This document shows positions 9,824 to 18,968 of a stretch of 64,000 nucleotides of DNA, piece by piece. The notes beneath the pieces were generated by a model. It did no database searches. It was not told where the DNA came from and saw nothing but the letters and a program-made list of their open reading frames with translations. Source of the stretch: an uncultured Planctomycetia bacterium (GTDB lineage Bacteria; Omnitrophota; Gorgyraeia; Tantalellales; Tantalellaceae); assembly GCA_964421015.1 (NCBI GenBank), contig CAYQUS010000001.1, positions 172,726 through 236,725 on the forward strand, given 5' to 3'. The number at the start of each line of letters is the position of its first letter. The first letter of the stretch is position 1. The position numbers and the translations under genes were made by a program.

Positions 9824-10915
9824 CTATCTTACCTTAAGAGCCATGAGCCCAAAAAGAGCCAGTATCGCCGAAATTATCCAGAATCTGACTGTTATCTTGG
9901 ATTCATGCCATCCCTTCTTCTCAAAATGATGGTGTATCGGTGACATCAGAAAAATACGCTTTCCGCGCGTTTTGAAGGACATTACCTGAAGTATCACGGA
10001 AGCCGTTTCCATCACCAGAACCCCTCCGACCAGTATAAGAAGTATCTCTTTTTTTATTAGAACGCTAACGACGGCTATCGCGCTTCCGAGGGACAGAGAA
10101 CCCGTATCTCCCATAAAAACCGTGGCAGGGTGACCGTTGTACCAAAGAAAACCCAGGCTCGCGCCGGCCAGAGCCGCGCAGAAAATCGTGAGCTCTCCGG
10201 ATCCCGGCACGTAAAAAAGATGCAGATACCCGCTGATATCGGCTCTTCCGGTAACATAGCACATTATCGAATAAGTAAGAGCCACGAAGACCATGCACCC
10301 CGTAGCCAGCCCGTCAAGACCGTCCGTAAGGTTCACGGCGTTCGATGCCCCGGCTATAACGATAAGCGTAAATAGTATATAGAGCGCTCCTAGATTGGCT
10401 ACCGCGTTCTTAAGGAAAGGCACATAAAGATCTGAGCCGAGATACCTGTGTGAAATAACAAATATGCCTACTATGAGAGCAAGCAGTATCTGGGCCCCCA
10501 TCTTATACCGTGCCCCTAACCCCTTTGAATTCTTGTACCTTATTTTAAGAAGGTCGTCGAACGCTCCTACCATTCCCATCCAGGTCATACCCCCAAGAGC
10601 CATGATCAGGTATTCGTTATCGGGCCTTCCCCAGAGCACGCTTGCGAATATAACGGCCGCCAGTATAACGATCCCTCCCATGGTCGGGGTTCCCTGTTTG
10701 CCCTTATGAAGATCATATATCTCCCCCACATGTTCCGTCCTTACGTATTGCCCGGCCTTTATGATGCGCATCCATTTTATAAAAAAAGGCGTAACAAATA
10801 CCGTAAAAAGAAAGGCCGTAAAAGCAGCCATACCCGCCCTGAAGGTTATGTAGCGGAAGACGTTAAACCCGAACCAGAATTCCTTCAGCGGGTACAAGAG
10901 ATAGTAAAACATTTT
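9824..10915 (-). CDS. mraY: phospho-N-acetylmuramoyl-pentapeptide transferase
   Basis: FNVFRYITFRA matches the MraY N-terminus. The start is trimmed to Met27 of the long ORF, which otherwise overlaps murF by 109 bp. Confidence 0.9.
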   Translation of the reverse strand, partial: KMFYYLLYPLKEFWFGFNVFRYITFRAGMAAFTAFLFTVFVTPFFIKWMRIIKAGQYVRTEHVGEIYDLHKGKQGTPTMGGIVILAAVIFASVLWGRPDNEYLIMALGGMTWMGMVGAFDDLLKIRYKNSKGLGARYKMGAQILLALIVGIFVISHRYLGSDLYVPFLKNAVANLGALYILFTLIVIAGASNAVNLTDGLDGLATGCMVFVALTYSIMCYVTGRADISGYLHLFYVPGSGELTIFCAALAGASLGFLWYNGHPATVFMGDTGSLSLGSAIAVVSVLIKKEILLILVGGVLVMETASVILQVMSFKTRGKRIFLMSPIHHHFEKKGWHESKITVRFWIISAILALFGLMALKVR

Positions 10916-12264
10916 ATCACTTCCTCCATTTTCATAAGACGGGATCCTTTCACCAGTACCGTTGCGCCCGAAGAAGCTTTCTCTTTTATCCATCGAGCGG
11001 CATCTTCATGAGAAACAGCTTCGTGGGTGTTCCTCTTGTCCATTCCGTTCTCAACGGCTCCCTTAAGTATTTCCCTGCCCATCTCTCCCATTGCCACAAG
11101 GAAATTTATCTTAAGATCGGCTATTTTCCTTCCGACGGCGCGGTGCATTTCGGAGGAAAGATCTCCCAACTCCCTCATATCTCCCGCTACCACCCATTTT
11201 TCCGATTTCCCCCGATCTACACCCGAGAGTGTCTCCACCGCGGCCTCGAAAGAACTTGGATTCGCGTTATATGCGTCATTCAAAAAAGTTATCCCCCCTG
11301 TTACGGTCTTTTCAAGACGCATGGAAGGCAGGGAAAGTTTTCTTATCTCTTCTCCCGCGGCCTTGACGCTTATACCCATTTGTACCGCCACCGAAACAGC
11401 CGCCGCGGCGTTGTAGGCGTTATGCCTCCCTTCTCCGTTGAAAAAAAGTTTTTCCCCGTTAAGCTTGAACTCGACCCCACCGGGAACGCTTCTTATGTCC
11501 TCAAGCCGCATCTCGCAGTTATCCCCGGTCCCGTAAAAAATTATCCGGTGTTTATCAGACCTGACAGATGAAAGCATATCGTCATCCCCGTTAAGCAGTG
11601 CCGTGCCGCCGTCGCGGAGCTTATCCAGCAGACTTATCTTCTCCGAAAAAACACCTCTTCTGTCGCCGAAAGACTCCAGGTGCCCGAAGCCTATATTAGT
11701 TATCACGGCGATATCGGCCGAAGCTATGGAAGCAAGGTGCCCTATCTCGCCGAAATGATTCGTGCCCACTTCGAGAACGGCCGCTTCATGGGAAGAATTC
11801 ATTTCAAATAAAGTCAGGCAAAGCCCGAAAATGTTATTGTAGGAAGCTTTGCTTTTCAGTACACGGTACCTGCCTGAAAGAGTACCGGCTGTGACGTCTT
11901 TGACCGTGGTTTTCCCGTTGGTACCGGTAACACAGACCACTTTACCCCCGAACGACTTTCGTATCAACCCGGCTACTTTTCCCATGGCGTTTATGGAATC
12001 TTCCACCAGGATAAAAGGGGTCCTTTCCGTAAATTCATGGCCTGACGGCACCCTTTCGGCAATAACAAGGCAGGCTCCCCCGGAAACGGCCTCCTTAATG
12101 AAATCATGCCCGTCAAAATTATTACCCTTCACCGCTATAAAGACGTTTCCCGGCACGATTGACCTTGAGTCTATGGAAAAACCCCTGAGAACAGACACTC
12201 GCGCGGGGGAAAATAACCTGCCGCCTGTAGCGCTGACAACATCATTAAGGTCTAAGTCCATCAT
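10885..12264 (-). CDS. murF: UDP-MurNAc-tripeptide--D-alanyl-D-alanine ligase
   Basis: Mur ligase P-loop GTNGKTT; MurF-like N-terminal domain. Confidence 0.85.
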   Translation of the reverse strand: MMDLDLNDVVSATGGRLFSPARVSVLRGFSIDSRSIVPGNVFIAVKGNNFDGHDFIKEAVSGGACLVIAERVPSGHEFTERTPFILVEDSINAMGKVAGLIRKSFGGKVVCVTGTNGKTTVKDVTAGTLSGRYRVLKSKASYNNIFGLCLTLFEMNSSHEAAVLEVGTNHFGEIGHLASIASADIAVITNIGFGHLESFGDRRGVFSEKISLLDKLRDGGTALLNGDDDMLSSVRSDKHRIIFYGTGDNCEMRLEDIRSVPGGVEFKLNGEKLFFNGEGRHNAYNAAAAVSVAVQMGISVKAAGEEIRKLSLPSMRLEKTVTGGITFLNDAYNANPSSFEAAVETLSGVDRGKSEKWVVAGDMRELGDLSSEMHRAVGRKIADLKINFLVAMGEMGREILKGAVENGMDKRNTHEAVSHEDAARWIKEKASSGATVLVKGSRLMKMEEVIKCFTISCTR

Positions 12265-12293
12265 CTACTTTTATCTTCCCGCAAAAATTGTGA

Positions 12294-13769
12294 TCATGAC
12301 CCGTAACCGATACCGGCTAACGCCGACAAAGCCGATTCCCGGTCGTCAAAATGCACTGTCCTGTCATGGAATATCTGATAATTTTCGTGCCCTTTTCCGG
12401 CGATAATAACGGTATCTCCAGGTTTTGCCCTTTTAACAGCCGAAACTATAGCTTCCATCCTGTCCCTGATTATGCGATATTCCCTGCCCTCTGGTATCCC
12501 TTTCTCTATCTCTCTAAGTATGCTCTCGGGATCTTCCTTCCGGGGGTTGTCGTCCGTAAGAATAACTGCGTCGGAGATATCCGCCGCTATCCTTCCCATT
12601 ACGGGTCTCTTTGTCCTGTCCCTGTTCCCGCCGCACCCGAAAACACAGTACAGCTTACCTGTCGTCACCGCCTTAACGCTCTCAAGAGCGCTGCGCAAAG
12701 CGTCCGGCGTATGGGCGTAATCCACAAAAATACTGAAGGGAGCCGGCGAAACTATCCTTTCTAGCCTTCCAGGTACCCCTATTGCCTTGTCTATGCCGGT
12801 TATTAAGTCGCGGGATGAAAACCCCTTTCTTAAAAAAAGCGCCGCCGCTCCCATTATGTTGCTGATGTTGTGTTTCCCGGCCAGAGAAGACTTTACCCTG
12901 CCGACATTTTTCCCGCCATAAATAAGGTCCAGCTCCGTGCCATCCGGGGTCGATGACACGGCCGAACACGTAAGATCGGAAGAACTTTCAAATCCGAAAG
13001 TCACACGGTCTATTCCATTAAGACCAGCGAAAAATCTTCTTATCTTTGGATCATCATTATTCACCGCCAAAACACCGCCCGGCTTAAGATGCCCGGCTAT
13101 TTTAGCCTTGGCTTTCAGATAAGCGTCCATATCACCGTGGTAGTCAAGATGTTCCGGAGTAAGGTTGGTAAAGACCGCCCCGTCAAAACCTATCCCGAAA
13201 ACCCTGTCCTGATCAAGAGCGTGGCTTGAGACCTCAACCGCCGCGGCCTTTTTGCCATCGTCAACCATCTCCCTGAGCATGCCGTTGAGACGAAGTACAC
13301 CCTGCGTGGTCATATCAGATCTTTCGAGAGCATCGCCCTTTACCCTGTTAAAGACCGTACCGGTCATCCCGCAGGGAATACCCATAGCGTTAAATACGCT
13401 CTCTATTATGGAGACCGTGGTGCTTTTACCGTTAGTACCTGTAACCCCGAAAACTATAAGTTCGCCGGAAGGATCCCTGAAGAATTTCCTGGCAAGCGAG
13501 CCCAGCGCCTTTCTTGAATCCTCTACCGAAAGTATGTCCGCACGGCGGGGATGGGACTCCGGAAATCCCCCCCTTTCACAGACTACCGCTATGGCTCCCC
13601 TCTCAAAAGCTTCGTCAATACGTTCGTGGCCGTCAAAAGAGTTGCCTTTCACTGCCACAAAGATATCCCCCGGGAGCACCTTCCTTGAGTCATCTCTCAG
13701 CCCGGCGCCGCCCTCGCTCAAGGCTCTCTCAATATCGGAAATATTTACGGACGCATGTCCTCTATTCAT
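12294..13769 (-). CDS. murE: UDP-MurNAc-L-Ala-D-Glu--2,6-diaminopimelate ligase
   Basis: Mur ligase P-loop GTNGKSTT; consistent domain order. Confidence 0.9.
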   Translation of the reverse strand: MNRGHASVNISDIERALSEGGAGLRDDSRKVLPGDIFVAVKGNSFDGHERIDEAFERGAIAVVCERGGFPESHPRRADILSVEDSRKALGSLARKFFRDPSGELIVFGVTGTNGKSTTVSIIESVFNAMGIPCGMTGTVFNRVKGDALERSDMTTQGVLRLNGMLREMVDDGKKAAAVEVSSHALDQDRVFGIGFDGAVFTNLTPEHLDYHGDMDAYLKAKAKIAGHLKPGGVLAVNNDDPKIRRFFAGLNGIDRVTFGFESSSDLTCSAVSSTPDGTELDLIYGGKNVGRVKSSLAGKHNISNIMGAAALFLRKGFSSRDLITGIDKAIGVPGRLERIVSPAPFSIFVDYAHTPDALRSALESVKAVTTGKLYCVFGCGGNRDRTKRPVMGRIAADISDAVILTDDNPRKEDPESILREIEKGIPEGREYRIIRDRMEAIVSAVKRAKPGDTVIIAGKGHENYQIFHDRTVHFDDRESALSALAGIGYGS

Positions 13770-15463
13770 TGTGTTTTATTCCCCTGCTTTTGGATCTCTG
13801 TCTCAGGAGCCCCCAGATACTCAAGTGTCCTTTCGGCTATTTTCCGGAAAGTCGGACCGGCCACGGTCCCTCCGAAATGTTGGGGTCTCGGATCCTTGGC
13901 GACGACAACAACGCTTATGAGCGGGTTCTCTCTGGGGGCGAACCCCACAAAAACCGCGTAGTATTTGTCGGGATAATATCCTCCGGCCGGACTGACCATC
14001 TGAGCCGTTCCTGTTTTTCCGCAAGTCTCGTAACGCTTTATCATAGCCTGCTTTCCCGTGCCGTCAGTCACAACTCTCCGCAAAGTACGTTTCATTTTAT
14101 CACAGGTACCGGGACTTATCACCATTCTGCGTTTTTCCGGCAGGAACTTCTTTATTTGTTCCCCTTCCCAGGTAGTCACTTCTTCGACCACATAGGGTTT
14201 TACGAGATATCCCCCGTTGGCTATAACGCTTATGGCTCCGGCAAGCTGTATCGAAGTTACCGCTATCCCCTGCCCCATTGGGATAGTGGTAATGTCGCTT
14301 CGCGACCACACCTCCGGCGGCCGGCATATTCCGGCTATCTCGCCCGGCAGATCTATGCCGCTTTTCTCGCCGAACCCAAACCTTTGAACATACTCGAAAA
14401 GCTTTTTCTCCCCGAGCTTTTGAGCGGTCTTCACCACGCCTATATTGCTGGACTTGGCGATAACATCCTCGAAAGAAAGGTCCCCGTACGGGTGATAATC
14501 GTTAAGAAGCCTCCCGCAGACTTTGTATTTTCCGTTTTCACAGTAAACCTTGTCCTCAAGTTTAATTACACCCTCTTCAAGCGCCGCGCTCGCGGTAACT
14601 ATCTTAAAAACGCTTCCCGGCTCGAAAACGTCAGAAACAGCCGAGTTTTTAGCGTTTTCCCCCTTTAAAGAAGACGGATCGTTCGGATCGTACCCGGGGC
14701 GATTGGCCATGGCCAGTATCTTGCCTGAGGATGGCTCCATAACGATCACACTTCCGCCCGCGGCGTTAAACTGGCTGACCATAACGTCAAGCTCTTCCTC
14801 GGCTATATACTGGATAACGCTGTCTATGGTGAGGATTATATTATTGCCGTTGCGCGGCGGAACGGATTCGGACTCCTTTCTCAGGACCGAACGCATGCGG
14901 GCATCTCTGGTCTCGTGGCGTATACCCGGCCGCCCCTTAAGTTCCTTGTCGTACAGAAGCTCTATGCCTTCCAGTCCCTCATTATCCATGCCGACAAAAC
15001 CAAGAACATGCGAAGCCATCGTGTCGTTGGGGTATTTTCTTTTGCTCTCCGGACGGAAATAAACTCCTCTCAGGTTCAGAGAACTAAGCCGCTCGTAGTC
15101 GGAGTGCTCTATCTTCCTCTTTATCCATACAAAAGCCTTGTCGCGCTCAAGTTTTTTTTCCACATCGGAGACCTCGAGATCAAGTTCTTCCGCGAGAGTG
15201 TCAGAAAGGGATTTTTTGTCTGTCACCACCCTGGGATTACAGAACACGCTTTCAACTTCCATATTGATCGCTAAGGGGTCCATGTATCTGTCGAATACGG
15301 TACCGCGGCGGGGTTCCACCTGGAGTATCTGGTTGTGCTGTTTTTCAGCAAGAACGGAATACTTATCCCGGTCAACTACCTGTATGTAGAATAGACGGGC
15401 AAAAATAAATAAAAAAAACCCGCAAAAAGCGAGCATCACCATATATCGGCGCGTACTAAACAT
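13766..15463 (-). CDS. ftsI: penicillin-binding protein 3-like transpeptidase (FtsI)
   Basis: N-terminal TM segment, PBP dimerisation domain, transpeptidase SxxK motif (GSVFK) and KTG motif. Confidence 0.9.
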   Translation of the reverse strand: MFSTRRYMVMLAFCGFFLFIFARLFYIQVVDRDKYSVLAEKQHNQILQVEPRRGTVFDRYMDPLAINMEVESVFCNPRVVTDKKSLSDTLAEELDLEVSDVEKKLERDKAFVWIKRKIEHSDYERLSSLNLRGVYFRPESKRKYPNDTMASHVLGFVGMDNEGLEGIELLYDKELKGRPGIRHETRDARMRSVLRKESESVPPRNGNNIILTIDSVIQYIAEEELDVMVSQFNAAGGSVIVMEPSSGKILAMANRPGYDPNDPSSLKGENAKNSAVSDVFEPGSVFKIVTASAALEEGVIKLEDKVYCENGKYKVCGRLLNDYHPYGDLSFEDVIAKSSNIGVVKTAQKLGEKKLFEYVQRFGFGEKSGIDLPGEIAGICRPPEVWSRSDITTIPMGQGIAVTSIQLAGAISVIANGGYLVKPYVVEEVTTWEGEQIKKFLPEKRRMVISPGTCDKMKRTLRRVVTDGTGKQAMIKRYETCGKTGTAQMVSPAGGYYPDKYYAVFVGFAPRENPLISVVVVAKDPRPQHFGGTVAGPTFRKIAERTLEYLGAPETEIQKQGNKTQ

Positions 15464-15563
15464 TCGTTTGTGTTCTCCGCTGTACTGTAGCCCGAGGGGA
15501 TCGGGCTCTCAATCGGTCGGGATTAGTTCCGGTATAAGTCGGACCCGTTCTTTACTCAATACA

Positions 15564-15926
15564 TCAGATACGGTCATGAGCCTCGGCTGTGACCGTAAAA
15601 ATATCCATTATCTTATCGGCGAACGCCTCCTCATAACGGTCGGAAGCGTCATAAAGACCCGTTATTGAATAGGTATTGCCCCTGTCGCGTCTTTGCCCGG
15701 CGAACTGTATCTCCTTGCCCGACAGCGACGCCAGAAGATACCGGGGAGTCTCCATTTTCGAGAGATTATACATTAGGTCGGAATTGCGGTCAACAAGACA
15801 CGAGAGCTTTTTCCTGTCCTGCTGAAGGCCGTAACCCGTCTTGTATATCTCAGCGTGCTGATGCACGTAAAGAGACGCCACAGAAGTGAAAATAACCCCG
15901 GTCAACATCAGACTTTTAATTTTCAT
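15564..15926 (-). CDS. small single-TM protein in the FtsL position
   Basis: 120 aa with an N-terminal TM helix; its start overlaps the rsmH stop by 4 bp. No diagnostic motif was found. Confidence 0.4.
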   Translation of the reverse strand: MKIKSLMLTGVIFTSVASLYVHQHAEIYKTGYGLQQDRKKLSCLVDRNSDLMYNLSKMETPRYLLASLSGKEIQFAGQRRDRGNTYSITGLYDASDRYEEAFADKIMDIFTVTAEAHDRI

Positions 15927-16807
15927 TTGATCCTTTCCGCCACCCTTAGTTTGGCGCTCCTTGAACGCGGGTTGGTCTTTACTTCATCCTCACACGGGAT
16001 GATGGGCTTCTTCGCAAGCATCTTAAGAGTCCCGAACTTTGCCTCTTTTTTAAAGACCGTCTTAACTACCCTGTCCTCAAGAGAATGGAAAGATATAGCG
16101 CATATCCTTCTACCCGGCGCAAGAACCGAAATCGCGCCCTCTAAACCTTGTTCCGCCGCCGATAACTCATCATTGACTTTTATCCTTAATGCCTGAAAAG
16201 TCCTGCAGGCCGGATGTATCCGCTGCTTTGAGTACCACCTGCCTACGGCTTTTTCCACTATCCCGGAAAGCTGGCCGGTGGTTTCTATCCTGGCCTCTTT
16301 CCTGCCGGCTACTATCGCCGAGGCAATGAGCCTGTAATGGCGCTCCTCTCCATAATCTCGTATCAGCTCACGTATATCCTCTTCGCTGAACGTATTAACT
16401 ATATCTCTTGCCGTTATGCCTCCGGCCCTGTCAAAACGCATGTCCAGCGGACCTTCCAGCGTGTAACTGAATCCCCGTGCAGCCTCATCGATCTGATACG
16501 ATGAAAAACCAAGATCAAAAACCGCTCCGTCTATTTTACCTATCCCTCTTTCTTTCAGTATGTCCGCTATATCCCTGAAGTTCCCTTTAACCGGCACTAC
16601 GTTCTTTATTCCTTCACCGAATATCTTTTCGGCTCTTTCTACAGCCTCCACGTCGCGGTCTATCGCCACCAAGATCCCACCCGGTGTTATTCTTTTCAAT
16701 ATCTCCGCCGAGTGTCCACCTCCCCCGAAAGTAGCGTCCACCACCACATCTCCGGGCCGGGGATCCAGGAACGACAAAACCTCTTCTTTCATTACGGGAA
16801 GATGCAA
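15923..16807 (-). CDS. rsmH: 16S rRNA (cytosine1402-N4)-methyltransferase
   Basis: HxPV(L/M)xxE N-terminal motif and SAM motif DATFGGGGHS. Apparent TTG start 1 nt after the upstream ORF's stop. Confidence 0.9.
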   Translation of the reverse strand: MHLPVMKEEVLSFLDPRPGDVVVDATFGGGGHSAEILKRITPGGILVAIDRDVEAVERAEKIFGEGIKNVVPVKGNFRDIADILKERGIGKIDGAVFDLGFSSYQIDEAARGFSYTLEGPLDMRFDRAGGITARDIVNTFSEEDIRELIRDYGEERHYRLIASAIVAGRKEARIETTGQLSGIVEKAVGRWYSKQRIHPACRTFQALRIKVNDELSAAEQGLEGAISVLAPGRRICAISFHSLEDRVVKTVFKKEAKFGTLKMLAKKPIIPCEDEVKTNPRSRSAKLRVAERIK

Positions 16808-16808
16808 A

Positions 16809-17048
16809 TCAGTTTCCCTTCCTGGGATCTCTGCCGAAGACCTTGCTCATCGTGTCCATCTGATTGCGGTAAAAATTCTTGTAACTCGACGCCAGGTCGT
16901 TCTTAGCTTCAGGCTCGGACTTGCCCGTCTGTACGGCATGGTTATGGACCTTGCCGTACAGGGAACCGCCTATCTCGCAGGCCTGGAGCCTTCGTTTGTT
17001 CTCGGCTTCCTTGACGCTCAAGATTTTCCCCACGGTCACGTTGCTCAT
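16809..17048 (-). CDS. hypothetical protein, 79 aa
   Basis: Its ATG overlaps the upstream ORF's stop (TAATG) and its stop lies 1 nt before the rsmH start. No recognised domain. Confidence 0.45.
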   Translation of the reverse strand: MSNVTVGKILSVKEAENKRRLQACEIGGSLYGKVHNHAVQTGKSEPEAKNDLASSYKNFYRNQMDTMSKVFGRDPRKGN

Positions 17049-17263
17049 TACTTGCAGTCCTTTACGCTTAAGTACGCTTTTTTCCCGATGTCACTGGAAG
17101 TAACTACGAACCTCCTGACCCCAAGATGTGACATCCCGTCCGGAAGAGCTCTGGCTTTTTTCACACGCTCCACTATGTTCACACAGTTTATGAACTCTCT
17201 CTGCTTTTTATTGAACTCCATAGCGTATCGTTTGTACATACCCACCCCCCGGGCTAAAAACAT
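17048..17263 (-). CDS. hypothetical protein, 71 aa
   Basis: Its ATG overlaps the mraZ stop (TGATG). It exactly fills the mraZ-rsmH gap together with the 79-aa ORF. No recognised domain. Confidence 0.45.
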   Translation of the reverse strand: MFLARGVGMYKRYAMEFNKKQREFINCVNIVERVKKARALPDGMSHLGVRRFVVTSSDIGKKAYLSVKDCK

Positions 17264-17700
17264 CAGAAATCCATAAGGTTTTCCGCTATCTGCTCGTAAT
17301 TCTCTTTTGAGTTTTTATAAAAATCCATCCACTTCTGTTTGTCCCATATCTCTATCCTGTTAGAAACGCCGACCACCATTATCTCCTTGGAGAGCCCGCC
17401 GTATTCTTTGAGGTAATCCGGGACAAGTATCCTCCACTGTTTGTCTGGCGACGCCTGAGAAGCCCCCGCAAAAAATATACGCTGGAATTTCCTGTACTCT
17501 TTTTTGGTGAAAGACATGGCCTTGAATTTACTTTCCTGCTGCCTCCACTCTTTCTCTGGAAAAACAAAAAGACACTCATCAAGCCCTCTCGTCAGGTAGA
17601 GTGTCTGGGAATCAGCTTCTTCAAGGGGCTGCCGGAACCGGGCCGGAATTATCACCCGATTCTTATCGTCTATGCTGTGAAGGTACTCTCCGTAAAACAT
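17263..17700 (-). CDS. mraZ: transcriptional regulator MraZ
   Basis: Two MraZ repeats with DxxxR motifs (DDKNRVIIP, DKQWRILVP); first gene of the dcw cluster. Confidence 0.9.
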   Translation of the reverse strand: MFYGEYLHSIDDKNRVIIPARFRQPLEEADSQTLYLTRGLDECLFVFPEKEWRQQESKFKAMSFTKKEYRKFQRIFFAGASQASPDKQWRILVPDYLKEYGGLSKEIMVVGVSNRIEIWDKQKWMDFYKNSKENYEQIAENLMDF

Positions 17701-17767
17701 AGAACTCTCTCCCTTGCCATTTTTTCTGTATCAAGCCCCAAAGCCATTTTGCGCGTATTTTTTCTTT

Positions 17768-17796
17768 TCTCCACTTTTCTCCACTTTCCACCACTC
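17768..17796 (-). promoter_or_regulatory. putative MraZ operator: three direct AGTGG repeats at 10-bp periodicity
   Basis: On the plus strand CCACT occurs at 17771, 17781 and 17791 (minus strand AGTGGAGAAA-like repeats). It lies just downstream of the predicted promoter and about 70-95 bp upstream of the mraZ start, matching described MraZ boxes. Confidence 0.5.
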
Positions 17797-17803
17797 ACGA
17801 CAG

Positions 17804-17832
17804 AGTATACATTATAGGCCATACTTTGTCAA
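17804..17832 (-). promoter_or_regulatory. sigma70-like promoter of the dcw cluster (TTGACA, 17 bp spacer, TATACT)
   Basis: Minus-strand TTGACA at 17832-17827 and TATACT at 17809-17804. Confidence 0.5.
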
Positions 17833-17999
17833 CCCCCTCTTCCCCTGTTAAAAAAAGCTCTTTTTTATTTTAAAATACCGGGATATGTGTACAAATGCAT
17901 GGAAAAATAGTGGTTTGAAAAAACCGGAACAGAGGCTGGGTCATGTTCCAAAAAGATCCATAGAGAGTTGCTTGGAAGGTATTTCGGGGGTTTCCTGAT

Positions 18000-18440
18000 C
18001 TACCAGTAAAGCTGTTCGAACCTTTCGGAATACCGCTTTATCCATTCCTGAGAAGCCTCCTGAATGGTCATTTCCCGGCCCAGCTGTAGAGACCTGAGCT
18101 CTCGGTATTCCTCTATGAGGTAGATCTGTTCTATGAGCTTTACCTTAAAAGCGTCGGAGTAAGTCACAAACTCTACCCCGACATTGTATAGGCCGGATTC
18201 ACGGTTCTTTTCCGTGTGCACAACACGGGCCTTTATGTGGAAGATCTTTCCGTAGAGAGGCATGTTAAGCCTTATCTTCATTCCGGGCTCAACGTGAGTG
18301 CGGGAAACGAACATCAGACCGCCCTCGCTGACGTTCACGGTATGTGTTTTTTCCTCCTCGGACTCGGTATCATCCACCTGGAACTCAAGAGGGTTAACGA
18401 GAAGATGCCGTAAGTATTTTCTTTTTTCCTGTTGCGTCAT
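18000..18440 (-). CDS. PilZ-domain c-di-GMP-binding protein
   Basis: RxxxR (RKYLRH) and N/DxSxGG (NVSEGGLMF) PilZ motifs. Confidence 0.7.
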   Translation of the reverse strand: MTQQEKRKYLRHLLVNPLEFQVDDTESEEEKTHTVNVSEGGLMFVSRTHVEPGMKIRLNMPLYGKIFHIKARVVHTEKNRESGLYNVGVEFVTYSDAFKVKLIEQIYLIEEYRELRSLQLGREMTIQEASQEWIKRYSERFEQLYW

Positions 18441-18501
18441 TTTTTATCCCGGTGCGCAGAACATCCTGAAACCCGCTTATCCCCTGAAACAGGGAATGTT
18501 G

Positions 18502-18738
18502 TCACGGGATCAGATTCCCCTCTTTAAGGTCTTTCTCCAGTTTGGCTATAGCTTCCTTCAGTTTTGGGAAAAGCCTTACGTTAATGTTTATCCCTTTTCC
18601 TGTGGGGACCTTTTCATTCCCCTGAGGAGGCTGGGTCCATATCCTGATGTCGATCACATCATTGCCCTGGTATTCGGATATTCTCACCTTAACATCCTGA
18701 TACTTGTTCTTTTCGAACACGGCTACGTCTTTTTCCAT
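18502..18738 (-). CDS. PC4/YdbC-like ssDNA-binding protein
   Basis: IDIRIW...GKGININ pattern of the PC4 fold. The start is trimmed to MEKDVAVF, which has a GGAGGG ribosome-binding site. Confidence 0.65.
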   Translation of the reverse strand: MEKDVAVFEKNKYQDVKVRISEYQGNDVIDIRIWTQPPQGNEKVPTGKGININVRLFPKLKEAIAKLEKDLKEGNLIP

Positions 18739-18968
18739 TTTCCCTCCCTTTGCCGCGTCCTTAATAACAAGACACGGCCAAGATATGATTCTTATCATTA
18801 AAATAATACATTATCGGTGAGCAAAAAGCAAAAAAACCGGGTTATTTTCCATTTCACGGGGCGTTCTTCAGTCCATTTCTTTCTTTTGAAATATTTTAGC
18901 GAAACAGAAGATCAGCATGAATATTATGCAAGCCCATGAGAGCAGGATAAAAACCCAACCCAGAAAAG

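Noticed and set aside
10885-10993. 109-bp overlap between murF and an N-terminally extended mraY
   Set aside because: The MraY homology begins at Met27 (MFYYLLYPLKEFWFGFNVF), so the extension is most likely an ORF-calling artefact.
13514-14668. 384-aa plus-strand ORF antisense to ftsI
   Set aside because: Low-complexity translation with no motifs and entirely inside a well-supported minus-strand gene, so it is a shadow ORF. The same applies to the 639-aa ORF antisense to ppdK (51083..53002) and the 301-aa ORF antisense to the beta-barrel gene (43240..44145).
16809-17263. The two small ORFs as a single frameshifted gene
   Set aside because: Both junctions show canonical stop/start overlaps (TGATG, TAATG) typical of translational coupling between separate genes. 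A sequencing frameshift cannot be fully excluded.
17804-17832. TTGACA paired with the perfect TATAAT at 17816-17811 as the dcw promoter
   Set aside because: The spacer would be only 10 bp. TATACT at 17809-17804 gives the canonical 17-bp spacing, so that pairing is reported instead.
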